DNA of 62,737 bases, the filler included, from Polymyxa betae A26-41 (lineage: Eukaryota; Protista; Endomyxa: Phytomyxea), in the NCBI GenBank assembly GCA_003693705.1. It is 7 parts of 7 records of this genome, joined end to end, with 100 filler letters (N's around TTAATTAATTAA, not from the genome) between each part and the next. Parts side by side here need not be neighbours in the genome. Positions count along the whole stretch, not along the records: positions 47,211 to 52,072 come from RBZT01000202.1; positions 52,173 to 58,800 come from RBZT01000640.1; 5 more parts are not named here. One strand, given 5' to 3'. Position numbers and translations under genes: made by a program. Shown piece after piece: positions 47,211-58,900 of the stretch. The notes below the pieces were generated by a model. It was given only the letters and a program-made list of their open reading frames with translations, was not told the DNA's origin and searched no databases. How positions within the stretch are numbered: position 1 is the stretch's first letter; each line of letters begins with the position of its first letter.

Positions 47211-47830
47211 AATTGAGGTAGCTGGTTCCCAGGAGTTTTCGGCCTCTGAAAATCCTTTCCAATGGATTAACAGCTGGAGTTCGCCAGTCTCTTCATGCAT
47301 ACGCATGTCGATCACTTTGTCAATGTCAAAGGATGCATTATCAAAAGCAAACTGCGTTTTGATATCCTCGGTAACATTCAACATATTATCTGCATAGAAC
47401 TGCAGCCGATCTCCGTGCACTTGTTGTCTCTGTCTGGTTACAATATTTTCGACTTGAAATACATAACCATTAAGCAGATCAACCACACGATATGGCCCAT
47501 GCCAGTTCAACGACAACTTCTGCCCATGTCTCTTCTCTGGAACCCCGACTAATACATAGTCACCGAGTCCAAAGTTAGGCTTCTGTCGCTTGATGCTGTG
47601 CTTTCGGTGTGCTAGGCGCTCACGCTCGGTAGCTTCATCAATGATCTTATGCATATGATCCATACTCATTTGCAACTCTTCCACATACTTCCGAATACGT
47701 TCTTCTGGGATTTGCTTTCTGTCCAAAAGTACATTTGACGGATCATGGAAAACAATGTCTAATGGATTATCAGGCTCCTTGCCTGTCCATACCGTGTATG
47801 GCGCCAATCCTCCCAGTCTGGCTTGTGGTC
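47211..47830 (-). mobile_element. Gypsy chromovirus integrase C-terminus and chromodomain
   Basis: FGLGDYVLV..KLSLNWHGPYRV (GPY/F motif) and LLIHWKGFSEAENSWEP (chromodomain). Confidence 0.92.
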
Positions 47831-47834
47831 TTCA

Positions 47835-49034
47835 ACAAGAACGTGACCGCCAAATGCAAACCGTTTTTCACAAATGGAGAAGATTGGGAACGTTTTCTCT
47901 CTCGATGGGTGAAGGTAACTGGATTCTACAACCGTTCGAGCGATTTGTTTCCAATTCAGACTTTCAGACTTTGTCGCTCTCAGACTGAAGAGCAGTTTGA
48001 CATAAATTGGATGGAGATCAATATCTCATTTTCAAGCACGCCTGGAGTTTTAAACAATCTACTTGAGACTTGGATACCATATAAGGAACGGTTCGTATCG
48101 GCATGGGCTGATACGAAGATCCATTTTGGAAACGTGAATACTTCACGAGTTGAAGGACAGCATCAAGCTGCCATCAAGAATTATCTGAAAGTCTCGACTT
48201 TGGACATTCGTGATGTTTGCAATCGCATTGATCTTTCAATGCAAAATCAGTGGAAAGAATATGAAGCTAAACTTTCGAGCAATCGAATACGAGTATCGCA
48301 TTGTCTTAATGTTCCATTCTACCGGAATGTCATTCGAAAAATTTCAACATTCGCTTTATTGCAAGTCCATAAGCAGTTTCGAATCTCCAAGAAGCCTTTA
48401 AATGAAATGGAATCTCGGTGCTCATTCACGTTCACTTCTTCTATGGGATTGCCTTGTTCGCATGCGATTAAAATCAGAATGGCACAGAACGATGTCTTAT
48501 CGGTTGATGATTTTCATCCACAGTGGCGAATAGACGGCAGCTGTCCACCAGCAGCTATCAACCCTCAATCTGATATTCCCGATATCGAACCGTTGCTAGC
48601 TTCTATTGCTAGATCGTACAATACGCTGCCGCAACATCAGCAAGCAGAAACTATCAACCAACTTTATTTCATTGCAAACCAATCACCTGATGCCCCGACT
48701 AATTTTCAGACGGCAAAAACAAGAGGACGACCATCTGGGGCCAGAAATAGGGAGGACACCAGCACCAGAAGACATCCTTCTGCTTTTGAAAGAGCCGATA
48801 ATCAGCCCAGAGCGGCGAGACGTTGCAGACAGTGTGGCCAAACGGGGCATGATAGAAGTACCTGCTCAATCCGTCCTGAAGAAATATCTTGCATCGAGTA
48901 TGGAATGCCCGACTCATTCTGATATACTCCTAATAAATTTGGAAAATGCGCCAGTGGCGCATTTTTCAAACCTTGACAATTTTATTTACTGCGTGTCGGA
49001 ATAGTAAAAGTGGGGTGTCGGAATATCACACTCC
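47835..49034 (+). mobile_element. MULE/Mutator transposase 3' half with right terminus
   Basis: KERFVSAW..HFGNVNTSRVEG.H, SWIM-like C..FT.SMGLPCSH, RGRP, CRQCGQTGHDRSTC. TIR-like end gtgtcggaatatcacactcc. Confidence 0.88.
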
Positions 49035-49109
49035 TTTATAAATTGCTAGAAATTGCTTCGAATACAATTAGCCGCTCTCGGGTCGTTGTATTTCCGGTTC
49101 TCGACTGAT

Positions 49110-51339
49110 CTCGGTTACGACTTTGAGCTTTGAAGACGATCAGGGATAGTATCATCTAATGCTAAGCGTCCGCGCCATGCCAGAATGACTGCTAGCGAAG
49201 TCGCTGCTCTTCGTAGCAAGTTTGTCTCTCCCGCTCCCACTGAGGATGATGAACAGCCACCTTCGAATGCTCGAGTTATCTGTCGCGCTTGCGGCGAAAG
49301 CGTGTCCAACTCAAACACCAGAATGATGTCTCATCTGAATTCCTCCTGCAAGACGGTCAATAATCGTTTGTTACCAGGAAACGGATTTCTCCAGCGTCGA
49401 ATTAATGATACCGATTCTGCATCGCGTATTGATTCCAATATCTCCAGCGGCACAACGATGACAGCATTATCCTCCTCTCTTCAAATGAACATCTCTGAAT
49501 ATTTACCAAAAATTCAATGGTCTCGTGCTGAAATTGAATCTGTCGAATATTTATTCGGCAAAGCCGTTATTCTTAGCGGTTTGCCGTTCAGTATCTTCGA
49601 TAATGATCATTTTCGATTTGCATTTTCTGCATTTCCTGTTAACTTCCAGCCGTTATCTCGTTCCTACCTCAGCGATCAAATACTTCCAAAACTTTATGAA
49701 CAAATCCAAAGTGATGTCCTTTCCGAGGCTGTCCGATCCACGGCCGTCGTGCTTTCCACAGATGGATGGTCGGATCGCAAGCATCAATCCATCCACAACC
49801 TCATGGTGTGTACTCCAATTCCATACTATTACAGCCGACATAAGCAAGATACCGAGAAAGCCGATGCTGAAGTTATATATGCGATTTTTTTTAAGGTAGG
49901 GAGGCGATTTCGATGGAATTTACTGCTGCAAATCAGACGGTTCCTTTTCTGTGGGCCTACCTTTGTGATTCAACCAACGTCATGCGCGCAGCGCGTTTGA
50001 AGGACCCTGATGTCGTGGGTTACGGCTGTCCATCGCACTCCCTTAATATTTTCTGTAAGGAAGTGGCCAAAAATCCCATAATCAAGGGATTACTCCGCGT
50101 TGTGTCTAACCTTCATCGATTCTTCCGAATTTCGCATCGCCCTTTAACCTTTCTGCGGAAATGCATGATAACCCATTTGGGCAAGGCTTGTTCGTTGCCA
50201 AGTTTGGGAGAAATACGGCTCGGATCAATCTTTATCCTATTCAAATCGTGCCTACAAGCCAAACCTGCCTTTGTTGAGTACTGTACTTACAGCTTGAAGG
50301 ATGGTAGCTTTGATTGCGATTTGCCAGAAGATTTGTCACAGGTCGTTCAAAGCCGTCAATTTTGGTATGCTCTCTCTGCAGCAGTTCATTTTCTGAAACC
50401 CATTGTTTGGCTAATTGGCTATTTGGAGGGGGATACGGTTCCATGCTCAGCAACCGTAGCCGCTTTCCTATTCCTGAAAAAGCACATTCAGCAGTTTGCA
50501 TCGCATCCTGAGACTGCTGGTTACCGTGACGCTTTAGGATTCGATCTTCGTGAATTACAGCGGCTGTTGGAGGCCATTGATCGCAGATGGCTGCGTATTC
50601 GTCATCCAGTGTGGTACACTGCGTTTATGTTGGATCCTCTTTTTCTCGAACTGCGAAAGGATGGCATCACATTGCTTGGTGGGGAAAATGTCCAAATCGA
50701 GAGCATGAAGGCACTTCAATGGATTGTTGACCTTTATTTGAAATCTCCTAACGGTCTAGTTTCCGAAGACGTTCTCTCCCAACTATCAGGGATTGTTATT
50801 CAAACAATCTTCAGATTGGTTGGTGAATGGTGCCCGAAACCCGTTTGTTGTTGAAAATGCATTATTGCATTTTAAAGTGGCTTGGGGATTGCTATCTGCT
50901 CTTTGGAACGAAATGGCGAAAGTTGTAGCGTTACCTGTTTTTCATTAATTTCCATGCCAGCCCATCTGGAGGCGTACGCAATTTCAAAGTGATGTCGCAG
51001 ATTGATTCACCAACCCGCATGAATCTGGGAAACATTAAAGCGGACAAGCAGGTCGCCTGCGTGTATAACTCCAACAAGTTGCGGATGGGCAGAATTCTCC
51101 CGATGCGAGATTCGGATTTCTCGATGATGTTTCAGTCTTTGACAGGGGCCCATTCTTCGTTTAATTCATCCGAAATGGCCCGCTATGAACAGATTATGCA
51201 ACAGCCAGCCGGTACCTTGCCTTCAGAAGCAAGCTGCATCATAACCGGTGACATTGATCTTTTGCGGCGTTTCCCGAATAAAGTTAGCCAAAACGAAGAA
51301 AATATCGACCTTGTTGGAAGTGACAGTGACATCCAATAG
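49110..51339 (+). mobile_element. hAT transposase pseudogene
   Basis: BED finger CRAC..HL..SC, VVLSTDGWSD, CDSTNVM, GCPSHSLN, decayed TRW and ERNF motifs. Frameshifted. Confidence 0.85.
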
Positions 51340-51509
51340 TTTCATCTTTCTACATCCTAAGTACCATTCACCTATAGTTGTAGAGCCTTCAAATTTCATT
51401 AAAAACTGGTTTCCGTACTGCTAGTCTCAAAAAGAAGACATAAACTTGATATGACGCTTTATGACGGCTATGACATGACGTCATGTCATATGACGTCATA
51501 GAGCATGCC

Positions 51510-52020
51510 GTCTTAGATATGACACATCCATAGGATAAAGGCAAGTAAACGCTGGGCCGGGGAAAGTTTTGGAGCTCGTCCATCAGTTTTTGGAGCACCC
51601 GTTGAACGGGCGTGCGTCGCAATTACTGGTGCGACTCGGTGACAAAGAAGTTCAAACTCCTCAACAGTAAAATTTGTTAAAGTTCTGAAAAGCGAAGGGG
51701 TCGCTTTCATTATAGCTAAAACATCGCGAACTAAAACATCGCGAACTCCCACATCTTTATTTACCGATTTGCTGAAAATCACTTGATAATTCATTTACAG
51801 TAAAGAACCGATAGGATTGCGCAGCAGCGGTAACGGAAGCTAAAACGATAACCATATCCTCGTCTCCATCATCGAAAAACTCATCATCGCTGCTGGAAAT
51901 GAAAGACGATTCCTGACTTGACAGGGACGAAACCGAAGTATCGGATGTCTTAGAGTCGAAGCCGTCGTCTACAGCAGCATCAGAGCCGTCATCACGGGCG
52001 AAATCGTCCCAAACATCCAT
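51510..52020 (-). mobile_element. PIF/Harbinger (DDE_Tnp_4-type) transposase N-terminal fragment
   Basis: Acidic N-terminus, then LFRTLTNFTVEEFELL..KLSPAQRLLAFILWM (HTH region). Confidence 0.65.
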
Positions 52021-52072
52021 TGATAAAACAAGAAATAAATTATTTTCAGAACTGCCGGCGAAATATTGAAAT

Positions 52073-52172
52073 NNNNNNNNNNNNNNNNNNNNNNNNNNNN
52101 NNNNNNNNNNNNNNNNTTAATTAATTAANNNNNNNNNNNNNNNNNNNNNNNNNNNNNNNNNNNNNNNNNNNN
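52073..52172. other. Artificial contig spacer
   Basis: N-run with TTAATTAATTAA. Confidence 0.98.
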
Positions 52173-52708
52173 GCAAAGTAGTTAGTTCCCTTCGTTCCCT
52201 TCATCTAACTTCAGCCGCCCCCCTTACAATGTCCTTGCTGAGTTGGGGTTCAAGGTTAAAATGCCGATTGTTCTATATCAGGACAGTCAAGGCTCAATAG
52301 CCTTCAGTGCCAGTGAAGTTAATCACTCCAAGATGAGCTTTGCTTTGTTCGGAAACTAGTGCGTGACGGTGTTCTGGTCTTTAGCTATATTCCAAGCTCT
52401 CAAAATCTTGCTGATATGTTTACCAAGTGTTTAAATGCACCAAAGTTCCAGGAGTTTCGGAACATGATTTCTTGCATAAAGAATCCCTGTATCGTTGAGG
52501 GGGAATTAGGTGGAGTCAACTCTACTGGCTCTTCTGGAGTCAATAAGTTTATCAATCGTGATTCTATTTGTGCTGACAATAAAAACACTTTCGATTCTGG
52601 TTCTAACTTAAACACATCTCTAGTTTATCTCAAGCATCTTAGTTTAGTTTCAGTCAACGTTTTGTACAAGTTCTGCTCAACGTCAGATTTTAATTGATTC
52701 TAATTACA
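52173..52708 (+). mobile_element. Copia RNase H end, polypurine tract and probable 3' LTR
   Basis: IVLYQDSQGSI..YIPSSQNLADMFTK; PPT gagggggaa at 52497-52505; a ~200-bp segment bounded by aattag...ctaatt follows. Confidence 0.75.
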
Positions 52709-52719
52709 TCAATCACAGT

Positions 52720-53991
52720 AGATATGTTCCGAAACATCCATTTACTGTTTCTGCTAGGAGGTCAGGATTCATGTTCACTGAAAGTGAAGCAGCGATCGAA
52801 ATGTCCCGAATACAAGTTGCTGCAATGCATCGGAAGCTTCGGGAAGATTTGATAGAGCATTTATGGAACCATGCTGGCAATGAAGAAGCGTGATTTATTA
52901 TTTAATGATAATAAATCAAGCATCAGCTTCGTCCTCATCATGGCTGCCTGCGCCTGCTGACTGGAGCACAGCCAACGCCCGTTTCTTGCGACCTAAGTTT
53001 AGTTGGGCATCAATCAGAGCATCTTCCTGTTTGATTTTGAGGTACCGCCGGGCTTCCTCAGACTTTGGATTCAAAGCAAACAGCGACAAAGTGAAGCGTT
53101 CCTTTTGGAAAGCAGTGCGCTCGTCAACGATGACGGCCATTCGCTTATAATAAGCGGTTTTCTCAGCCCTGGCCGTCCCAGAAATTTCATATTTCAACTT
53201 CTTCGCAGCTTTCTTTCCTAGTGCTGGTCTAGGGGTCATTTTCAAAGAGCGCTTGGACGACACCCTGGAAGTTTAACTTCTGCTGGCACGTTTTCATTGC
53301 AGCTATCGTCTTCATCCTCTTTAGACTGGTCCAAATGCAAGGCCTTCTTCATCTGCGGTGTCATATCATTCGGTAGATAAACAGAATTTTGGCAGATTTT
53401 TGATTTCCAGCCAGCAAGAGCTCATGGATAAAGGGCTTTCCCGTTTCACCTTGAGACTTCTGCTTTGCCAGACTAACTTATTTCTCTATCTGCCATCCAG
53501 AAAGATACTCTGAGACAGTTTCGTTCATACAGGCAGTAAATTTCAATAAAGCCTTCTGAATTGAATTTAGCCATCGGTTCTTTATCGCATCGGCGGTACG
53601 ATCTTGCACTTTTGCATCGCCCATCAACGCTGAGAATTTTTCGCAAATTCGATTGTAATAAGCATTGCTATCTTGATCAGTGCCTACAGCAGCATCAAGA
53701 GTGACCTCTTTATAAGCTTTGGCGATATTGATATCTTCCATAGGTTGAAAGTTTTTTGTTCCAGAAACTTGCCCGGCCCCTTCTGCCTTTCCTGGGATTG
53801 GATTCTAGCTTCTCCTACCATGATAAACTATATCGTCAGACAGACCCTCAGATTTAATGCGCGATATAACGATTCTGGATGTAATTGCCTCAATAAAAAA
53901 AACAATGTCGCGGTGCAACCCAATTTCGTTATCGTTATCCTCAAATATACCGATAACGATAACGATAACTGGCGCCCGGTAAACATGCTCT
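52720..53991. mobile_element. PIF/Harbinger element: transposase C-terminus (+) convergent with a Myb/SANT-NAM-like ORF (-, 52916-53822)
   Basis: MHRKLREDLIEHLW on +; EDINIAKAY..VGTDQ..RTADAIKNRW and RPALGKKAAK on -. gataac repeats and terminus atgctct followed by TAG at ~53991. Confidence 0.85.
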
Positions 53992-54084
53992 TAGCTCGTA
54001 AAAAGCAAGAGCTAGCCCGGCTGAAGGAAATGCCTTAGGCTTGCCAAAATTGATTCATTCATTTATCATAAAAACGAAAACAGT

Positions 54085-56060
54085 CAATTAGGTTGTAGTT
54101 TGACCTACGTGGTTCCAAAAATGCTCTATCAGATCACCTTGCAGTTTTTGATGCATATCAGCATTTCCTGAATGCGAACTAGCTCGATCATCTTTCGCTC
54201 TTCATCCAACCAGTATTATCAGCTCTTTAAACACTATTCGTGACAGGAAGCTTTGCCTGGACCGCTTGCCATGGCGGGTTGGAGGCCTGGGGACGGCCTT
54301 GGTGACCTTGAGGGCTTCAAGCGCCGCGAGTCCTCGGGCCCTCGTGAGTGCCCAGGTACCAACCTCCGGGAGTCGCAACACGTTCATGATTTAGGTCTGC
54401 TCCTCATCCGTGAACGCCTCCAGCACTCCCTGTGTATTAACAAACTCCAGGAAGAAAGCAAACACCGCTGACGGCAACGTGCCGCCAGCGTGTTCCGCTT
54501 CGCCGTAACTTTCCCGGAGAAAGCGGCTGTTATAACACGGTTCTCGGCGATCAGGAGTGCGGCGACTTCTGATTCCGTAATTAATTTGGCCACCCGTGGC
54601 GTTGCGGAGTACCTGAGTAAAATTTGAGCCATTGTGGCTCCGCCGCTGTAAATACTCTGAATCCAGATTGTTCGCTGTTCATAATCCACTAACTGAGTAC
54701 ATTGCATCGCGTGATCACAGCTTACATGATGATGTCAAGATGTGAAAGCGTGATTGGAGCATCCCAAATGCTCGTTCGATGTCTTTACGCTTGCTTTCCT
54801 GCCTCGATGCAAACAGCTCCTGTTTCCGGGTTGTCGGATTGGATATCGATTTGACAAGCAATGGTAATTCGTGTTGGTGCTGCCCCGCCAGACGAACGTC
54901 CAGCACTTGAACCTGAAGAATCAGCCATGATTGGTGACACAGAACGTACATTAAGAGAGAAGGCTCGTTAGTTAGTCACAAAGAAGAATGAATATTTGTA
55001 TTCATATAATCGATATTCATCGGTCATAGTTTACTGTGAATATTCATCAACAATTCGGATAGATTCCACCAGCTACAAGCCAAAACGGTATTGCGCAAAT
55101 ATGGCCATTTACCTGGTAGGTAACTTCCGGCGATCGCCCGTTCCTTATGTCATGCAGCAAAGGCGGCCGATCGAAAACGTTGATGTCATTTAACGATCCA
55201 CGCATTCCGAAGAAGTAGAGTCAGAAACGACAAAATCGATCGACAACTACCTCAAGAACAACGGTTTGGACTCCTTCTTTGCCTATAAACATGCCTGCCC
55301 AGCCTGCTGGGCAGTTTCTCCACGACCAATGCATACAATCGATAGAGCCGAACCAACCGACCGGGCCATTCTTGCTGATATGACTCATCCAATAAGCGGT
55401 GTATGTCTTGAGCTGTTGGTTTACGAAGGAAATGCTCACCATAGATTGCCTCGATGGCTTCGCAAAACCGAATCATACGTACTTTCACGAGTTGTTGATT
55501 TCGCCAAGCGAAAGCTGTCATCGAACTGCTGCGCCGAAGATCCAGAAGCCAAGATTCGAACAGCGCAGCCGATTTTTTGGCGTGCGCTCAAGCCAAGCTG
55601 GCTGCAAGCATCTCGCTTCTTAACAAAGTAATTGTCATATTTATGAATATCTTTAACGATCAGGTTGAATAAACCGATGGGCTGCCGAAATGTGTCTCTA
55701 AAACATCAGAATTATAGACTGGCGATGGACCCCAGTAATCGTCATGGAAAAGTTCGTATAGGACTCGACGACGATCTTTATTAGTAGAGCGACATCCTCC
55801 AGAAGCTACTTCATCACTAATCTGCAACAAACAGCTGAACAATTAATTCCTCTTCACTGCAGTCATCGCTATCGGAATCTTAATTATCAAGGCGAAACTG
55901 TTTCTAGCATTCGATAGAATCCATGACGTGGGTAAATCGTTAGAATTAAAGATTTGTATTCAAGGAGAACCCCGAGGTGGATCTCGCTTAAATCTTTAAG
56001 TTCCAATTTAACTAATTACTAAATTTACCGATAACGATTATTTCGCCGCTGTATGCCCTT
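54085..56060 (-). mobile_element. Second PIF/Harbinger transposase pseudogene with internal insertions
   Basis: GSIDCMHWSWRNCPAGWAG, GSLNDINV, QESKRKDIERAFGMLQSRF, HQKLQGDLIEHFW. Terminus tatgccct-TA at ~56059 resembles that of the neighbouring element. Confidence 0.9.
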
Positions 56061-56069
56061 ATAGAGTTA

Positions 56070-56340
56070 TATAGTCGTTCCGAAGTGCAAATGCCGTCTC
56101 AATTTACGATGACGGCTGGCTCTGCGATAGTATCTTTCCACCAAACCATCTTTCGACCGTATTGCTGAGCTTATTGAACAACATTGGCTCCAAATACACG
56201 AGCCTCTTAATGTCAGCACAGCTTTCTGGGTTCGCGATAGAGTAGCAGTCACGCTATGCAACCTGATGCATTCTGGATAGGTTAGAGACGCAGCTAAACT
56301 GTGTGGAATGGGGAAGTCCTCCGCGAACAGATTAATTGCT
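56070..56340 (+). mobile_element. Third Harbinger-type HTH fragment
   Basis: FDRIAELIE..RVAVTLCNLMHSG*VRDAAKLCGMGKSSANRLI. Confidence 0.55.
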
Positions 56341-58800
56341 CCACGTTTCCGACCAAGCACACCCCGCATTCCTGTCCAAAAACAACCTCCACCAAATGAG
56401 CTACAACGAAAGTGGGCGCATAACTCTGAGAGGCCTCGCCGCAGGTAACATCAAATCTGAAAATTTCCCATCAGTAACTAACGACACTCAGGACAATACA
56501 AACAACTGGCCGAAGCGGCCAAAACGCTCAATAGGGGGTATCAAAGTTAGGTTAAGAATCGATTCTCCGGGGGTCGAAAAACATGCGGGAGAATCGATTC
56601 TCCGGGGGTCGGAAAACATGCGGGAGAATCGATTCTCCGGGAGGGGGTATCAAAGTTAAAAATGTTGAAATGGCCGCTTTTTCTCCTATCAAGTCAAATT
56701 TTTCAAGTAATTTCGAATCAATAAACCATTGCTAGAAATTCCTTCTTGCTGGAACTGCGACTTTCATCGTTACCGTCATCTGCATTATGGGTTGTAGAAT
56801 TTCGCATTGTCTTAGCAGAAGGGGGGCGTGCAGGCGTACGCGTCTGGGGAGCAGGCGTCCTCATTCCTTTTTTGAGAGCTGTTATGCAGAACAAAAGAAA
56901 ATTGTTTATTCCATGACGAGGGTGGATTAATAAGACAAATTAGTCACGCAAAATTAACTCCGTGGGAGAATCGATTCTCCCGTAAGAATCAGGAAAATCG
57001 ACGATTCTCGTTTAAGAATCGATTCTCCGGGTCTACCCCCGGAGAATCGATTCTTAAAATGCGTGAAGATCCTAACTTTGATACCCCCCTAATAGGCCCG
57101 AAAGCGTCTTCCCCCACAGCGAAGCCAAAACTGATGAGGACCGACAGGTCGTCATCTTCCGAATCTCACCAGCGCAAATTAAGAGCCAGCACATTCTTAA
57201 GTTCTTCCGCGACAAAGAGCGACCTGTTGAACTCATCAAGCTTAACCAACCGAACACCATTAAGGTCGTTTACAATTATCCGACAGAAGCCCAGTCCGTT
57301 ATCGCACGGAAGTGGGCCACTATTGGCGACAACGTCTATGCAACAGCTGCTCCCAAGGCGAACCCGGGACGCGTATGTAAACACTGTCACGCCATTGACT
57401 GCGAACAGCGTCATAGATGCGGGAAGATTCGATGCACGATCTGCGGCGCTGCACACAACACAAAAGAATGCACCGAAGACCCCACGCAATTTTTCACACT
57501 GCATTACATGCAATCTCGAAGGGCACTTGGCCCTCGTATGCCACCTCCGAGCTGCGCCAACGAACTGAAAATAGCATAATAAATACCCAAAATTTGTCTC
57601 CACCCGTCCGAAACATTAGAGCCCCGACCAATGTCAAAATAAACAACACAAAATGGATGTCTACCCTCTTAAACAAAATGCGTAACATAAACAAAAATCC
57701 CAATCCCGACACACCGAACCCAAAAAACAAAAAAGACACATTGAGAACTTTGAACACCTGTCGACATAAAAAGCATACACGCTCTAGTCCTTTAACACAT
57801 CACCTGCAACTTAAACGACACACTAAAGTCAAACAGAGACACACACAGAGCTCAAGCGAAAACCATCAAGATGCGAGACTCGAAGAAGCGCTTTATCGAT
57901 TACCGCCCCCGTGACCGCCCCCGGGAAATACACAAACTAGTAAAGTTACACAGTCATTAATCACAAACTATTTCAGCAACCTTTCTGTCAAAGACACAAC
58001 ACTCAACAACACCACCACTGACTCCCAAAATAAAACATTGACGATCTTACAATGGAATGCCAGATCAATGAACGTTGCCAAATCCACCGAGTTGTCACAC
58101 CTCTGCAAGAAAAAACAAATTGATGTAATATGCGTATCTGAGTTAGGCCCCAGGAGACAAATATCCGGCTTCCCACAATTTGATCATACACCACGGGACA
58201 CTCAAAGCGCTATTTTTTGGCGCAACGGGATTGCGGTAAAAACAATTACAACAGAACTTGGAATGCAAACCACTGCCAGAATTCAGGTTCTAGGCATAGA
58301 AATAGAAGACGAAATCACCTTAATACACGCGTATATACCCCCAGACACTAATAAAGAAGACAGAACAAGGTTCTGGGATACTATCTATGAGTTAATTCTA
58401 CACAAAAAGTTCAAAAAGAAGCTCATTATTACAGGTGACCTCAGTACGTTAGATAGTCGGTTCGGAAGTAACCACCCCGACACATTTCAGCATCTCGATG
58501 CTATATTATACCTTGCAGTGCCGTTACGAGTAATCAGTGACCCCACGAGCAAAACTCGAGACGACAACATGCTAGACGTCACACTTGGTAGCAAAAAAAG
58601 CGAAACACAGCGTCTTAGAATGGAAAGTGCTGCGCACGTTAGACAGTGATCATTTCCCCACTATTTGCAAACTTAAAATCGAAACCAGCAGCCGCAACTT
58701 CCCTAACCGAAAGTACAGGAGCTTGACTTACACAGTTTTGAATCGCAGAGACACTTTTAAAAAGCTGGCTATTCACATGTGTAGCGGTTTCGTCTCGAGA
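56340..58800 (+). mobile_element. Non-LTR retrotransposon (LINE): ORF1 with Zn knuckles and ORF2 APE endonuclease, truncated by the gap
   Basis: ORF1 CKHC.., CTICGAAHNTKEC, CITCNLEGHLALVC. ORF2 ILQWNARS, DVICVSE, AYIPP, ITGDLS, LDVTL, SDHFP. Confidence 0.9.
56534..57089. mobile_element. Non-autonomous TIR element (MITE) inserted in LINE ORF1
   Basis: TIRs gggggtatcaaagttagg and cctaactttgataccccc, flanked by TA. Palindromic subterminal repeats (g)agaatcgattct(c), about 6 copies. A third internal TIR copy at ~56643. Confidence 0.9.
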
Positions 58801-58900
58801 NNNNNNNNNNNNNNNNNNNNNNNNNNNNNNNNNNNNNNNNNNNNTTAATTAATTAANNNNNNNNNNNNNNNNNNNNNNNNNNNNNNNNNNNNNNNNNNNN
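58801..58900. other. Artificial contig spacer
   Basis: N-run with TTAATTAATTAA. Confidence 0.98.

Noticed and set aside
47735-47835. N-terminus of the 395-aa ORF
   Set aside because: It is the antisense of the Gypsy integrase. MULE homology begins only at ~47835.
56534-56660. Regularly spaced palindromic repeats resembling a CRISPR array
   Set aside because: The spacers are near-identical, the repeats lie within TIRs, the context is eukaryotic and there are no cas genes.
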